From: a virus
IMG/VR virus record: IMGVR_UViG_3300038673_000745
Span: 11,367 to 75,366 of that record
DNA length: 64,000 nt
Reading direction: 5' to 3' (one strand)
The notes beneath the pieces were generated by a model. That model had not been told where the DNA came from. It ran no database searches and worked only from the letters and a program-made list of their open reading frames with translations. This document shows, in pieces, positions 37,521 through 45,896 of this stretch; position 1 is the stretch's first letter, and each line of letters begins with the position of its first letter. A program made the position numbers and the translations under genes.

Positions 37521-38849
37521 GTGAACTACCCCTCCCTAAAATCCTAACGGATTTTTGAGGAAGGGGCTTCCTGCTTCATGGATCGATGCTTTCTTACGTA
37601 AGTAAGGAAAGTCTGACTTAATCTCCACAGGCTCACCGGGCAGTTCCTGCCCTGTATTTTGCTTCATCAAAGCAAACATTTTGATATTTTTTGCAGCATT
37701 GACATCTCTGTCATGAACAGATCCACAATCAGGGCAGACCCATTCTCTTTCTTTCAGAGTTAATCCTTTGTTATGGTATCCACACTTGCTGCATATTTTA
37801 GATGACGGATCAAACCTACCGACAGTTAACAAGGTCTTCCCGAACTTCTCACATTTGTATGTGAGCATAGATCGGAACTCTGACCAAGAAGCATCTGCAA
37901 TATGTTTAGCCAGTTTATGATTCTTTAGCATACCTGATACATTCAGATCTTCAATTGCAATTGCTTGGTTCTCGCTAACAAGTTTAAAAGAAAGTTTGTG
38001 CAAGAAGTCTGATCTCTGGTTTGCTATGTCCTCATGACACTTTGCTAACTTGCTGATTGCTTTTTTACGGTTGTTAGATCCTTTTACTTTTCTGGATACT
38101 GACTGCTGTAGTCTCTTGAGTTTTGCTGAAGTCTTTTTTAGAACCCTTGAGTTTTCAACCTTTGTACCATCTGACAGGATTGCAAAATGAGTTAAACCTA
38201 CATCAATACCAATCGTTGTTTCAGGAGTGAACTGAACCTTTTCAGATTTTGTTTCTCTATCATCGACAAGTATGGATACATAGTAAGATCCAACCGCGTT
38301 TCGTGACACTGTACAGGTCTTAATCTCACCTGTAAAGTGTCTATGCAGTTTACATTTCACTTTACCTATCTTCGGAAGTTGAACAGATCCTTTGATCCAA
38401 TCTACTTTCACGCTTTGAGGGAACTGGAATGATTGAACTGGGTTCTTCTTTGATTTGAATCTTGGAAACCCTTTCTTTTCTCTGAAGAATTTGGTAAATG
38501 CATTATCAAGGTTGCGTGAAGCCATCTGTAATGCTTGTGAATGGACCTCAGATAGAAAAGGATACTCAAGTTTCAAAGCAGGTAACATCTTGTTTAGAGC
38601 AAAACAACTCAATGTAGATTTGTGCTCAGCGTAATGTTTAATCTTCTTCTCAAGAAACAAATTGTACACAAACCTACAAGCACCAATATGTTTCTCAATA
38701 CTCTCTTTCTGAATAGTATTGGGATACAACCTATACTTGTAGGCTTGTAACATGGGTATCTATTTATACTTACAGATATTTATATTTATGTATAAGCAGC
38801 ATTCATCTCCTCCCTGATACCGAGGAAGGAGTCTTCTGCTGCATTTCAG
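37521..38849 (-). mobile_element. IS200/IS605-family TnpB-only element (IS1341-like)
   Basis: Right end ...GTAGTTCAC, subterminal hairpins at both ends, TTTAT target motif at the left end, no target duplication; exact removal restores the host ORF. Confidence 0.88.
37536..38753 (-). CDS. tnpB: RNA-guided endonuclease TnpB
   Basis: [16 protein letters not shown], Ruv[24 protein letters not shown]...[16 protein letters not shown]. Confidence 0.96.
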   Translation of the reverse strand: MLQAYKYRLYPNTIQKESIEKHIGACRFVYNLFLEKKIKHYAEHKSTLSCFALNKMLPALKLEYPFLSEVHSQALQMASRNLDNAFTKFFREKKGFPRFKSKKNPVQSFQFPQSVKVDWIKGSVQLPKIGKVKCKLHRHFTGEIKTCTVSRNAVGSYYVSILVDDRETKSEKVQFTPETTIGIDVGLTHFAILSDGTKVENSRVLKKTSAKLKRLQQSVSRKVKGSNNRKKAISKLAKCHEDIANQRSDFLHKLSFKLVSENQAIAIEDLNVSGMLKNHKLAKHIADASWSEFRSMLTYKCEKFGKTLLTVGRFDPSSKICSKCGYHNKGLTLKEREWVCPDCGSVHDRDVNAAKNIKMFALMKQNTGQELPGEPVEIKSDFPYLRKKASIHEAGSPFLKNPLGF

Positions 38850-39009
38850 ATAAAATAAACCGGCTCCGTGAATTGGTTCATAAATCCATAGAAGAGCATC
38901 AGACCCGAATGTATAATATGGGAATGCGGGCAAGCAAAGCAGGATTTTTAGCCCGGTTAAAATATCTGGTTACTCGGAAGTTTTAATCTCTTTTTTGTAA
39001 CTGTTTTAT

Positions 39010-39021
39010 TTCCCGTTTATT
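39010..39021 (+). promoter_or_regulatory. promoter motif of the protease-MCP operon
   Basis: TTTCCCGTTTAT, 31 nt before ATG 39048. Confidence 0.8.
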
Positions 39022-39047
39022 TACTATCACCCAAATCTCGTTAGCAG

Positions 39048-40265
39048 ATGCCTGAATCAGAATCCATCTCTATCCCTCTGGATCTATCCTGGGCGGATGA
39101 TGAGAATGGAGTATTGGTGATAACCGGATGTGCATCTGTACCGAAGCCGGATCGTGAGAATGAACTTGTAACGAAAGAAGCGATAGAGGCAGCTCTACCT
39201 GACTTCATGAAACTAGCCGTTCTCCATCTTGATCATACTGAGAGACCGTTAGGACCGATAACAGAAGCATGGTTTGACGGCGACAAGTTCATGATTAAGT
39301 GTCCGATTAAGATGACTCCTGATTGTAAGGATGTCAGGGATAGAATACGAGAGGGAGAACTCGGGCAATTGTCTATCTACGGTAGACGAAACGAAGGAAC
39401 TCCCTCCTGCAAGTTACATCCGAATCGCCGGTCTGAAACGTGCCAAACTCGGTCGCTTTTTCTCGACAGCATATCCCTATGTCCCTCGGGTAATGCCATC
39501 AATGAAAATTCTTATATCGAGCATAATGGCGGCATCGTTGTAAAATCTATGAATTCCGAATCTGCCATCGAGACGGCAGACGGTAGTTTGGAGAAAAACG
39601 ACATGGTTGAAAACGTTGATGCACCAGCCGAATCCGCTCCTACCGGTGATCTGAATCAAGAGATTGTCGAAGCACTATCCGGGATTAATGACCGGCTTGC
39701 TGCTGTCGAACAAACGATTGAGGAGATGACTTCTGTCGAACCGGAGGATATTGAAAAGGCAGAGGAGGATTACGACGGTGCAGAATATGATGCTGGTCCT
39801 GACCTCCAGGAACAGGTCTCTACTCTCGCTGAAGGAATGACGATGATCCTTCAGGAGTTAGCAGAACTCAAAGAACAGATAAGCGGAGGATCGGTCCAAA
39901 AAGCGGAACTTGAGGACGAAGAGGAAGAGGATTACCCGGATGACGGGTATGAGGAGGAGGAAGACGAAGAACCTCCGGTGGAAAAGGGCTGTAGCATCAA
40001 GAAAGCCTTCCCTGACCTTCCAGAAGAAATTCGAAAAGCAATTGCTTCAATCCCAAATCTGAATGAGACAATTCAGAAACAGACTGAAGAGATTGGAATT
40101 CTCCGAAAAGCAGTCCTTGAACTTGAACAGTCGAACCCTCGGGACCGAAAGGTCATTATCGACAAGAAAATTGTTGATTCTGAAGATATCGTAAAGAAAT
40201 CACAGACTCCGGAAAGTTCCGGTGATTCCCAGAACCCAGCTGCACTCATGGCAATGCAGTTTTAG
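39048..40265 (+). CDS. HK97-type prohead protease fused to an acidic scaffold-like domain
   Basis: VITGCASV..PDRENELV, LHLDHTERPLG (His), GQLSIYG (Ser), DSISLCP..NAIN; acidic coiled-coil C-terminus. Confidence 0.88.
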   Translation: MPESESISIPLDLSWADDENGVLVITGCASVPKPDRENELVTKEAIEAALPDFMKLAVLHLDHTERPLGPITEAWFDGDKFMIKCPIKMTPDCKDVRDRIREGELGQLSIYGRRNEGTPSCKLHPNRRSETCQTRSLFLDSISLCPSGNAINENSYIEHNGGIVVKSMNSESAIETADGSLEKNDMVENVDAPAESAPTGDLNQEIVEALSGINDRLAAVEQTIEEMTSVEPEDIEKAEEDYDGAEYDAGPDLQEQVSTLAEGMTMILQELAELKEQISGGSVQKAELEDEEEEDYPDDGYEEEEDEEPPVEKGCSIKKAFPDLPEEIRKAIASIPNLNETIQKQTEEIGILRKAVLELEQSNPRDRKVIIDKKIVDSEDIVKKSQTPESSGDSQNPAALMAMQF

Positions 40266-40280
40266 GAGGTGAAATGAACG

Positions 40281-41573
40281 ATGATGTTTAGAAAAGCCAC
40301 CAAGCAAGATGAAGCACTCGGGCGGTCATTCTGGACTGGTTTCAATGTAGAGCCAGGTTCAGAAGTCAACCTGTACGAAATCAAAAAGGCAATGAGTGCA
40401 GCGATTAGCGCATCTCATGTAAAAGGACAGTCTACGATTGTTGCAGGTATCGCTGTTGATGCAATTGATCCGAACCTTATTCGGAAATCAATCCTGAACG
40501 GATGGTCACAGAAACAGTATGCTCAGGAGATTGAGAAGTCCCTGACCGGGTTTGTTGATAACCTGAACACTATCAAGAAAGCCGATCTGACCAAAGCAGG
40601 ATGGACCGAAGATACCATCAAGAAAGCAGCAGATAGCACGTCAAACCTGATGCATAGCATCTACGACCAGGATATCACCGAACTGTTCATGAGACCGCTT
40701 CCGGTCCAGGCACTTATCGGAAAAGAAGCGAACATGGGAGCGGTTGCTCTCTGGGATGCTATCCCGGCAGGCGGCGCTGGTTCCGCATCGTATGGACCTG
40801 AATCTCCAAACCTTGTCGAGTCCGACATGGACCCTGCCCGGAGATCTGCCGATATCAAGATCGCATGGACGACTGCAGCGGTTACTCAGTTTGCTCAGTA
40901 TGCCGGTATGGCACAGGTGCCGACCCGTGACCTGATGAGCATCGAGCTCCTCGCTCATACTGAAATGCTTAAACAGCTTCGTGAGCGGAGAACCCTTGGT
41001 GTTACTTCATCCTATTCTGCTGATCCAGCATTTGCACCAGCCGGACAGTATGAACCAAAAGGACTGTATGAACTTATCACCGCAAATACCGGTGACCCGA
41101 ACTATGTCACCGCTGGAGCTGGTGTTGATACCTGGGATGAACTCAATCCGCTCATCAAGGATTCAAACCGGATGATGAGACGTGACGGACTTATACCGAA
41201 CTGTTCAATCTGTGACTTCTCAACCTATGATATCATCTGTCAGGGACTTGAGCAGTATGTTCGGTATGCACAGCAGCCGGACCAATCCTGGGGTGTTGAG
41301 AATATCACGATCAACCTTCCAGGGGGCGGAAAGGTCCCCGTTGTTCCATCTATCCACCTTCCGACGACATCAGGCACTAATGGCAGCTTCTTCCTGCTTG
41401 ACCTGAACCGGATCAAGTACCGGGTTCTCTACCCAGAGGTGTTTACTGAGCTTGCACCGTCCACCAACCCAACCAAGCGGTTTACGATTTCATTCGCAGA
41501 AACCCTGATTGATAAGTCTGATGTTGATGGAACCAGCTCTCTCCAGGGAGGAGTGTTCGGTATTGCAATTTGA
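40281..41573 (+). CDS. major capsid protein (HK97 fold, N-terminal delta domain)
   Basis: Follows the protease, GGAGGTGA RBS, 430 aa; high G/C at third positions; GSFFLLDL...YPEVFTEL C-terminal strands. Confidence 0.88.
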   Translation: MMFRKATKQDEALGRSFWTGFNVEPGSEVNLYEIKKAMSAAISASHVKGQSTIVAGIAVDAIDPNLIRKSILNGWSQKQYAQEIEKSLTGFVDNLNTIKKADLTKAGWTEDTIKKAADSTSNLMHSIYDQDITELFMRPLPVQALIGKEANMGAVALWDAIPAGGAGSASYGPESPNLVESDMDPARRSADIKIAWTTAAVTQFAQYAGMAQVPTRDLMSIELLAHTEMLKQLRERRTLGVTSSYSADPAFAPAGQYEPKGLYELITANTGDPNYVTAGAGVDTWDELNPLIKDSNRMMRRDGLIPNCSICDFSTYDIICQGLEQYVRYAQQPDQSWGVENITINLPGGGKVPVVPSIHLPTTSGTNGSFFLLDLNRIKYRVLYPEVFTELAPSTNPTKRFTISFAETLIDKSDVDGTSSLQGGVFGIAI

Positions 41574-41584
41574 GGTGAAGAAAC

Positions 41585-42097
41585 ATGGCAGCAGCAAATT
41601 TAACCGAATTTAACTCATTCCTCCTTCATGGGTTTGCACCGAAGTTTGCAACCGTTGATCAGCTTGAACAGAACGACTGGATTGTGCTCCCATGCAAGGG
41701 AGCCTTTGCAATCTCTCCCCGGTTGATAACCGGAGCAGCAGCAACGATCACTCGTGGAACGGTCACGGTAAATAACAAAGGAACTGCATATACAGCGACC
41801 ACAAAGAGTATCGCGTATGATACCGGCACTCTTTCCCGGTCCACTGGAAGTTTCTACCTGAAGACTGCGTCTGGTGAGATCATAGAGGTTACCGATTCAG
41901 CGCCGACTGCATCAAGTGGCACTCTGACGGTTATTCAACGTGGATGTTTCGGAACTACTCCATCAGCAACCGGAATTGCAGATGACAATGTGCTGTATGT
42001 GCTGAACAACCTGAAACTGGGAGATAACCAGGCCGACCCGGTGGAAGTGCTCTATTATGAACTTCCGTTTGACACTGGCGTGAAACTCTTCGGGTGA
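41585..42097 (+). CDS. probable capsid decoration / minor structural protein
   Basis: Directly after MCP; T/G/A-rich beta protein. Confidence 0.5.
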   Translation: MAAANLTEFNSFLLHGFAPKFATVDQLEQNDWIVLPCKGAFAISPRLITGAAATITRGTVTVNNKGTAYTATTKSIAYDTGTLSRSTGSFYLKTASGEIIEVTDSAPTASSGTLTVIQRGCFGTTPSATGIADDNVLYVLNNLKLGDNQADPVEVLYYELPFDTGVKLFG

Positions 42098-42537
42098 TAG
42101 AGATGAGTTTCTTTTACTCTCTCTTTCGGATGAAAAAGGATGGGACCGGGGCGGAAGCAAAACTTCCGATCACGTTTCATGAGGATCTTATAACCCTGGC
42201 AGATGACATCGATATCACAAACGATCTCGGAGTTGGAAACGATCTAGATGTTACCGGAGCAGCGAGTATAGGCGAAACCCTCGAAGTTACGGGGAACACG
42301 ACTCTTACCGGGACTCTTGGCGTTACCGGTGCAACAACTGTTGATGATCTGACCGCAACCGGAACAATTACCCTGGCAGGGATCACTCTGTCAGCATATG
42401 CAGGGACTCCGGAAGCTCATGTCACTGGTAATGCAAAAGGAGACCTGTGTATGGATACTGCCACAGGAAACTGGTATACGTTCAAGGGCACACCCACTGA
42501 AAATACCGGGTGGAAACTAGTAACCGTGGCAGAATAA
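42094..42537 (+). CDS. probable head fibre / structural protein
   Basis: Repeated [LV]xVTG beta motifs; fibre-like DLCMDTATGNWY..KG....GW C-terminus. Confidence 0.5.
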   Translation: MIEMSFFYSLFRMKKDGTGAEAKLPITFHEDLITLADDIDITNDLGVGNDLDVTGAASIGETLEVTGNTTLTGTLGVTGATTVDDLTATGTITLAGITLSAYAGTPEAHVTGNAKGDLCMDTATGNWYTFKGTPTENTGWKLVTVAE

Positions 42538-42562
42538 TTTTTCTTTTTTATTTCCCGTTTAT
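42537..42562 (+). terminator. oligo-T terminator fused to the next promoter motif
   Basis: Stop codon, TTTTTCTTTTTTA, then TTTCCCGTTTAT; same arrangement at 5578, 44144 and 45219. Confidence 0.55.
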
Positions 42563-42587
42563 TCATTCAGAAACTAATACGTGCTGA

Positions 42588-43289
42588 ATGGCATATTGTT
42601 CTCAACAGGAGGTAGAGGCTCATACCGGATACTCCAATAACGATTTCCGGCAGGCGGACCAGTTCATGACCTCGCAGCAATGGACGACATACATCACGAT
42701 GGTTATCGCCGGAGCAGCGGAGACGATCAATCGGTATTGTAATCGTCAATCCTTTGAATCTGCAAACTATACTGAGTATCATGATGGAAGAGGGCCAACC
42801 GGAGACAGAGGCAGGTATTACCGGGAAATAGACCGGACGTTCCTTCCGCGTGAACAGCCGGTTATTTCTGTGACCTCGGTATCCGTGGACACAAATCCAA
42901 CCGGGGCACCATCCTGGACTGTAATGACGATGCGGGATACCGGCGTGATCGGGAACTATTTTGTCGTATCTGACGGGTATGTGACAAAGATTATATTCAA
43001 CAACACTATCCCTCAAGCAGGGAAAGGGAATGTCAAGATTGTTTACTCAGCTGGATATGCATCCGGATCCCCGGTCCTTGCGGATATCAAATTTATCACG
43101 TTGGATCTGGTTGCGAATTTCTTAGCTCAAAAACGAAGAGAACAGGAGGCGATAGTTGCGTCGTTTGATTCCGGGACGCAGACAATAGCACAGATGATTA
43201 GTCTGCTTCATCCGGAAGTCTTCACTGAAGATCTGAAACTCCGGCTTGCTCCGTACCGGCGCAGCATCAGAGGGAATGCATGGCACTAA
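42588..43289 (+). CDS. head-tail adaptor
   Basis: MAYCSQQEV, AAETINRYCNRQSF, QPVISVTSV, IVYSAGY, LAPYRR. Confidence 0.8.
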   Translation: MAYCSQQEVEAHTGYSNNDFRQADQFMTSQQWTTYITMVIAGAAETINRYCNRQSFESANYTEYHDGRGPTGDRGRYYREIDRTFLPREQPVISVTSVSVDTNPTGAPSWTVMTMRDTGVIGNYFVVSDGYVTKIIFNNTIPQAGKGNVKIVYSAGYASGSPVLADIKFITLDLVANFLAQKRREQEAIVASFDSGTQTIAQMISLLHPEVFTEDLKLRLAPYRRSIRGNAWH

Positions 43290-43660
43290 AGTTATCATTC
43301 TCTCTCCCGGTCCTTGACTTGGAATCATTTGAGAAACGAATTCTCAAGAAATATGCTGATGTCATCAAACAAGAGTTACGGGATGCAACACCCGGACAGG
43401 CAAAAGCCCTATGGATAGATAGAAATGTGCCTGAAGGGGTGCTGATAAGCAACAAATCACATTATCTCCCGTTTATTGTCCGAGGGACCGGGATATATGG
43501 ACCAAACCATACTATGATTATCCCAAAGACAAAAAAAGCGTTACATTGGATACAGGATGGAAAAGACGTGTTTGTAGTAAAGTCACGGGGAATGAAACCA
43601 AACCCGTTTATATCCGGAGCAGTCGAACGAGGGATGAGGAGAGTTTATGCCGACATTTGA
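43280..43660 (+). CDS. HK97 gp10-like neck/tail completion protein
   Basis: YLPFIVRGTGIYGP...ALHW...VKSRGMKPNPF. Confidence 0.75.
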   Translation: MALKLSFSLPVLDLESFEKRILKKYADVIKQELRDATPGQAKALWIDRNVPEGVLISNKSHYLPFIVRGTGIYGPNHTMIIPKTKKALHWIQDGKDVFVVKSRGMKPNPFISGAVERGMRRVYADI

Positions 43661-44144
43661 GGATATTAACGCAGTTGTTGACGGAATGAAGGCCGTATTA
43701 ACAACAAATATCGTAAGTATTGGAGGGACAGCAGGAACAACCCAGATTCTCGAAGGGGATGAAATGCCTGCTGCAATTCGCACGTTCCCGACGATATACA
43801 TTATTCCACTTGGTGGGGGACCGGACCAGATCACTACAAAACAGAGCGGCGGACCACGGTTTCATGAATTCAGTGTGATTTTAGCCGGAGCCTACAAATC
43901 AGCGAATATTCCGTCGATGCTTAGGACCGTCAGAAACTATGGGTATACTGCAGCAGATTTGTTTTCTCTATCCGGTCAGGCCGTTTCAGGGATTTATTAT
44001 GATGAGGATGGAGATGTTGATGATACTAAATCAATCAAGGCATACTGTGTCAATCCAAAAATCGAAACCGGGTATCACCAGGGCAAAGATTTTTTTATTC
44101 TTACTTGGAGTGTTGAATTTGGAGTGAAGATGGTTACCCTCTAA
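43647..44144 (+). CDS. tail terminator-like protein
   Basis: Synteny; FPTIYIIP...FSVILAG beta pattern. Confidence 0.55.
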   Translation: MPTFEDINAVVDGMKAVLTTNIVSIGGTAGTTQILEGDEMPAAIRTFPTIYIIPLGGGPDQITTKQSGGPRFHEFSVILAGAYKSANIPSMLRTVRNYGYTAADLFSLSGQAVSGIYYDEDGDVDDTKSIKAYCVNPKIETGYHQGKDFFILTWSVEFGVKMVTL

Positions 44145-44197
44145 TTTGCTTCTTTTTTATTTCCCGTTTATCTATTGTTGCTGTCATTTACCTTCAA

Positions 44198-44725
44198 ATG
44201 GCAGAGGATTTTTATTTTGCCGGAGCGGACTCCAAAGTTGGGATTATGGTCCAAACGGACTTTTATGACCCAGATCCTGACGCTGAAGACACTCCTCCGA
44301 CATGGGCGAGCGGCACAAAAATAGGTGCTGTTTCTGGATGGTCGTTTAATGTGGCATTTGACCATAAAAAACTCTATGCGATGAGTTCAACCAAGCGTCT
44401 CGCGGTTGCCCGGTGTAAGGCCCGAGTAGAAGGAAAACTTGATTTCTATAAGTTTGATCCTACAGTTAGCACATTCTGGGCTATGAAAATTGCAAACCCC
44501 TCTGGTGGCGGGACCATTGCAGATACGGGTAAATTCACGTTCTTTATGTTGTATGGCAGTATTAAACCATTTTCCACGGCAGGTGTTGTTTTGGGAGCAA
44601 AGGTATACAATGTTGCCTTTACCAACATGCCTTTTGGCGCATCAGAACACGAATGGATTGGTTGGAACTTATCATTTACGGGTACAAATGCTGAATTCGT
44701 CAACGCGGAGGTGACATTCACATGA
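44198..44725 (+). CDS. tail tube protein 1
   Basis: FYFAGAD...IGAVSGWSF..F....E.EW pattern shared with the next gene; own promoter motif. Confidence 0.65.
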   Translation: MAEDFYFAGADSKVGIMVQTDFYDPDPDAEDTPPTWASGTKIGAVSGWSFNVAFDHKKLYAMSSTKRLAVARCKARVEGKLDFYKFDPTVSTFWAMKIANPSGGGTIADTGKFTFFMLYGSIKPFSTAGVVLGAKVYNVAFTNMPFGASEHEWIGWNLSFTGTNAEFVNAEVTFT

Positions 44726-45219
44726 GTGAAGCGTTATACTTTGCTGGAGCAGATGCAACCCTTAAAGCTGGGGCTGTATCTATTGGGGCGGTATCTGGAT
44801 GGTCGTTTGAGATCACTTGGCAACGAAATGATAAGTATTCATCAGAATCTATCTTCTTACGAGCTGCAGCTAAGTACCAGATGGAAATCTCTGTGAAGAT
44901 GAAAATTGCATCATTTGATCCAACTGTTGGTGGAGAAGGTGCATGGTGGTTATTCAAGTCTTTAGCCGGTGGAGGTGCTACTAATGTTGATAAGAACGGT
45001 GACGCGATTACCATTGGTCATATCGGAGATACGTCTGCCGTTTCGTTATTTGATATCGTCGGTGAAGTCGCTCCATTCAATACCGGAGGAGCAAAAGTCA
45101 TGGTTACTGCAGAAGATTGTTACGTGACCGGGTTTCCATTCGAAGTTAAAGAAAATGAATGGGTATATATGGAAATCACCGCTGATGCTGCTGATGTTGT
45201 GTATACCAACCCGGTATAA
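44722..45219 (+). CDS. tail tube protein 2 (paralog)
   Basis: LYFAGAD...IGAVSGWSFEI...FDPTV...FPF..KENEWV. Confidence 0.65.
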   Translation: MSEALYFAGADATLKAGAVSIGAVSGWSFEITWQRNDKYSSESIFLRAAAKYQMEISVKMKIASFDPTVGGEGAWWLFKSLAGGGATNVDKNGDAITIGHIGDTSAVSLFDIVGEVAPFNTGGAKVMVTAEDCYVTGFPFEVKENEWVYMEITADAADVVYTNPV

Positions 45220-45268
45220 TCTCTTTTTTTAATTCCTGTATATTATTCCTAACAACATATTGGATGGT

Positions 45269-45673
45269 ATGTCATTTGAATCAGACATTGATGAGATTGA
45301 TACTCTTAAAAAACAAAAATTAGAAGAGTATGAAGAAACATTTCATCAGATCATCAATTCCCGGCAGAGTGTTGAAAAAACAATTACCGTGAGGATCCTT
45401 GGTCTGTCCTTCAAAGTCTTCAAAAATACTCCTCTGGACAAAGACCAGAAATTAATTGATTACAAAAACAAAATCGAGATAGAAGGCGAACCTCAAATAA
45501 ATACCGCTCCGGAAGCCAAAAAACCATTGTACCTGCTTATGGCTGCACTATGCGCAGAATCTCCATACAATGACCCAGATTTCTGGGAACTGTTAGATAT
45601 CAAATCTAACGGGGATGTGTCAAACATTCATGAAGAAACGGTAGCAGCAATAAAAAAAATGAAGAAGCGATAA
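45269..45673 (+). CDS. tail assembly chaperone (G-like)
   Basis: Between tube and tape measure genes; ATG 45269 is 30 nt after the promoter motif. Confidence 0.7.
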   Translation: MSFESDIDEIDTLKKQKLEEYEETFHQIINSRQSVEKTITVRILGLSFKVFKNTPLDKDQKLIDYKNKIEIEGEPQINTAPEAKKPLYLLMAALCAESPYNDPDFWELLDIKSNGDVSNIHEETVAAIKKMKKR

Positions 45674-45852
45674 AAACCTTTGCCCGGTCCCCAAAAGGGC
45701 AATGGTTACTATCCATTTGTGATTTCCTGAAACGGGCTCCGTCAGAATGTTTTGACCTTACCCATGAGGACTACCTTTTTTTAACCGAATCATTAATACA
45801 GCGGTCTAAAGATAGAGAAGCAGAAGCTCAGAAGAGACAGAACCATCATTGA
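45652..45852 (+). other. programmed -1 frameshift site (A AAA AAA at 45652..45658) and GT-like extension
   Basis: The -1 frame continues NEEAIKTFARSPKGQWLLSICDFLKRAPSEC...QNHH-stop(45852) and has no start codon of its own. Confidence 0.8.
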
Positions 45853-45896
45853 GTTTCTTATCCCGTTTATTTACTATAACATCTTTTTTCATAGGT

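Larger units (their letters stand above)
37490..38986 (+). pseudogene. 55-aa ORF interrupted by the IS
   Basis: Joining 37490..37520 to 38850..38986 restores METKNLEEQEDKINRLRELVHKSIEE...LVTRKF-stop in frame. Confidence 0.75.

Noticed and set aside
37521-38849. IStron (self-splicing IS-intron hybrid)
   Set aside because: The element is antisense to the interrupted ORF, and only ~95 nt lie between its left end and tnpB, too little for a group I intron.
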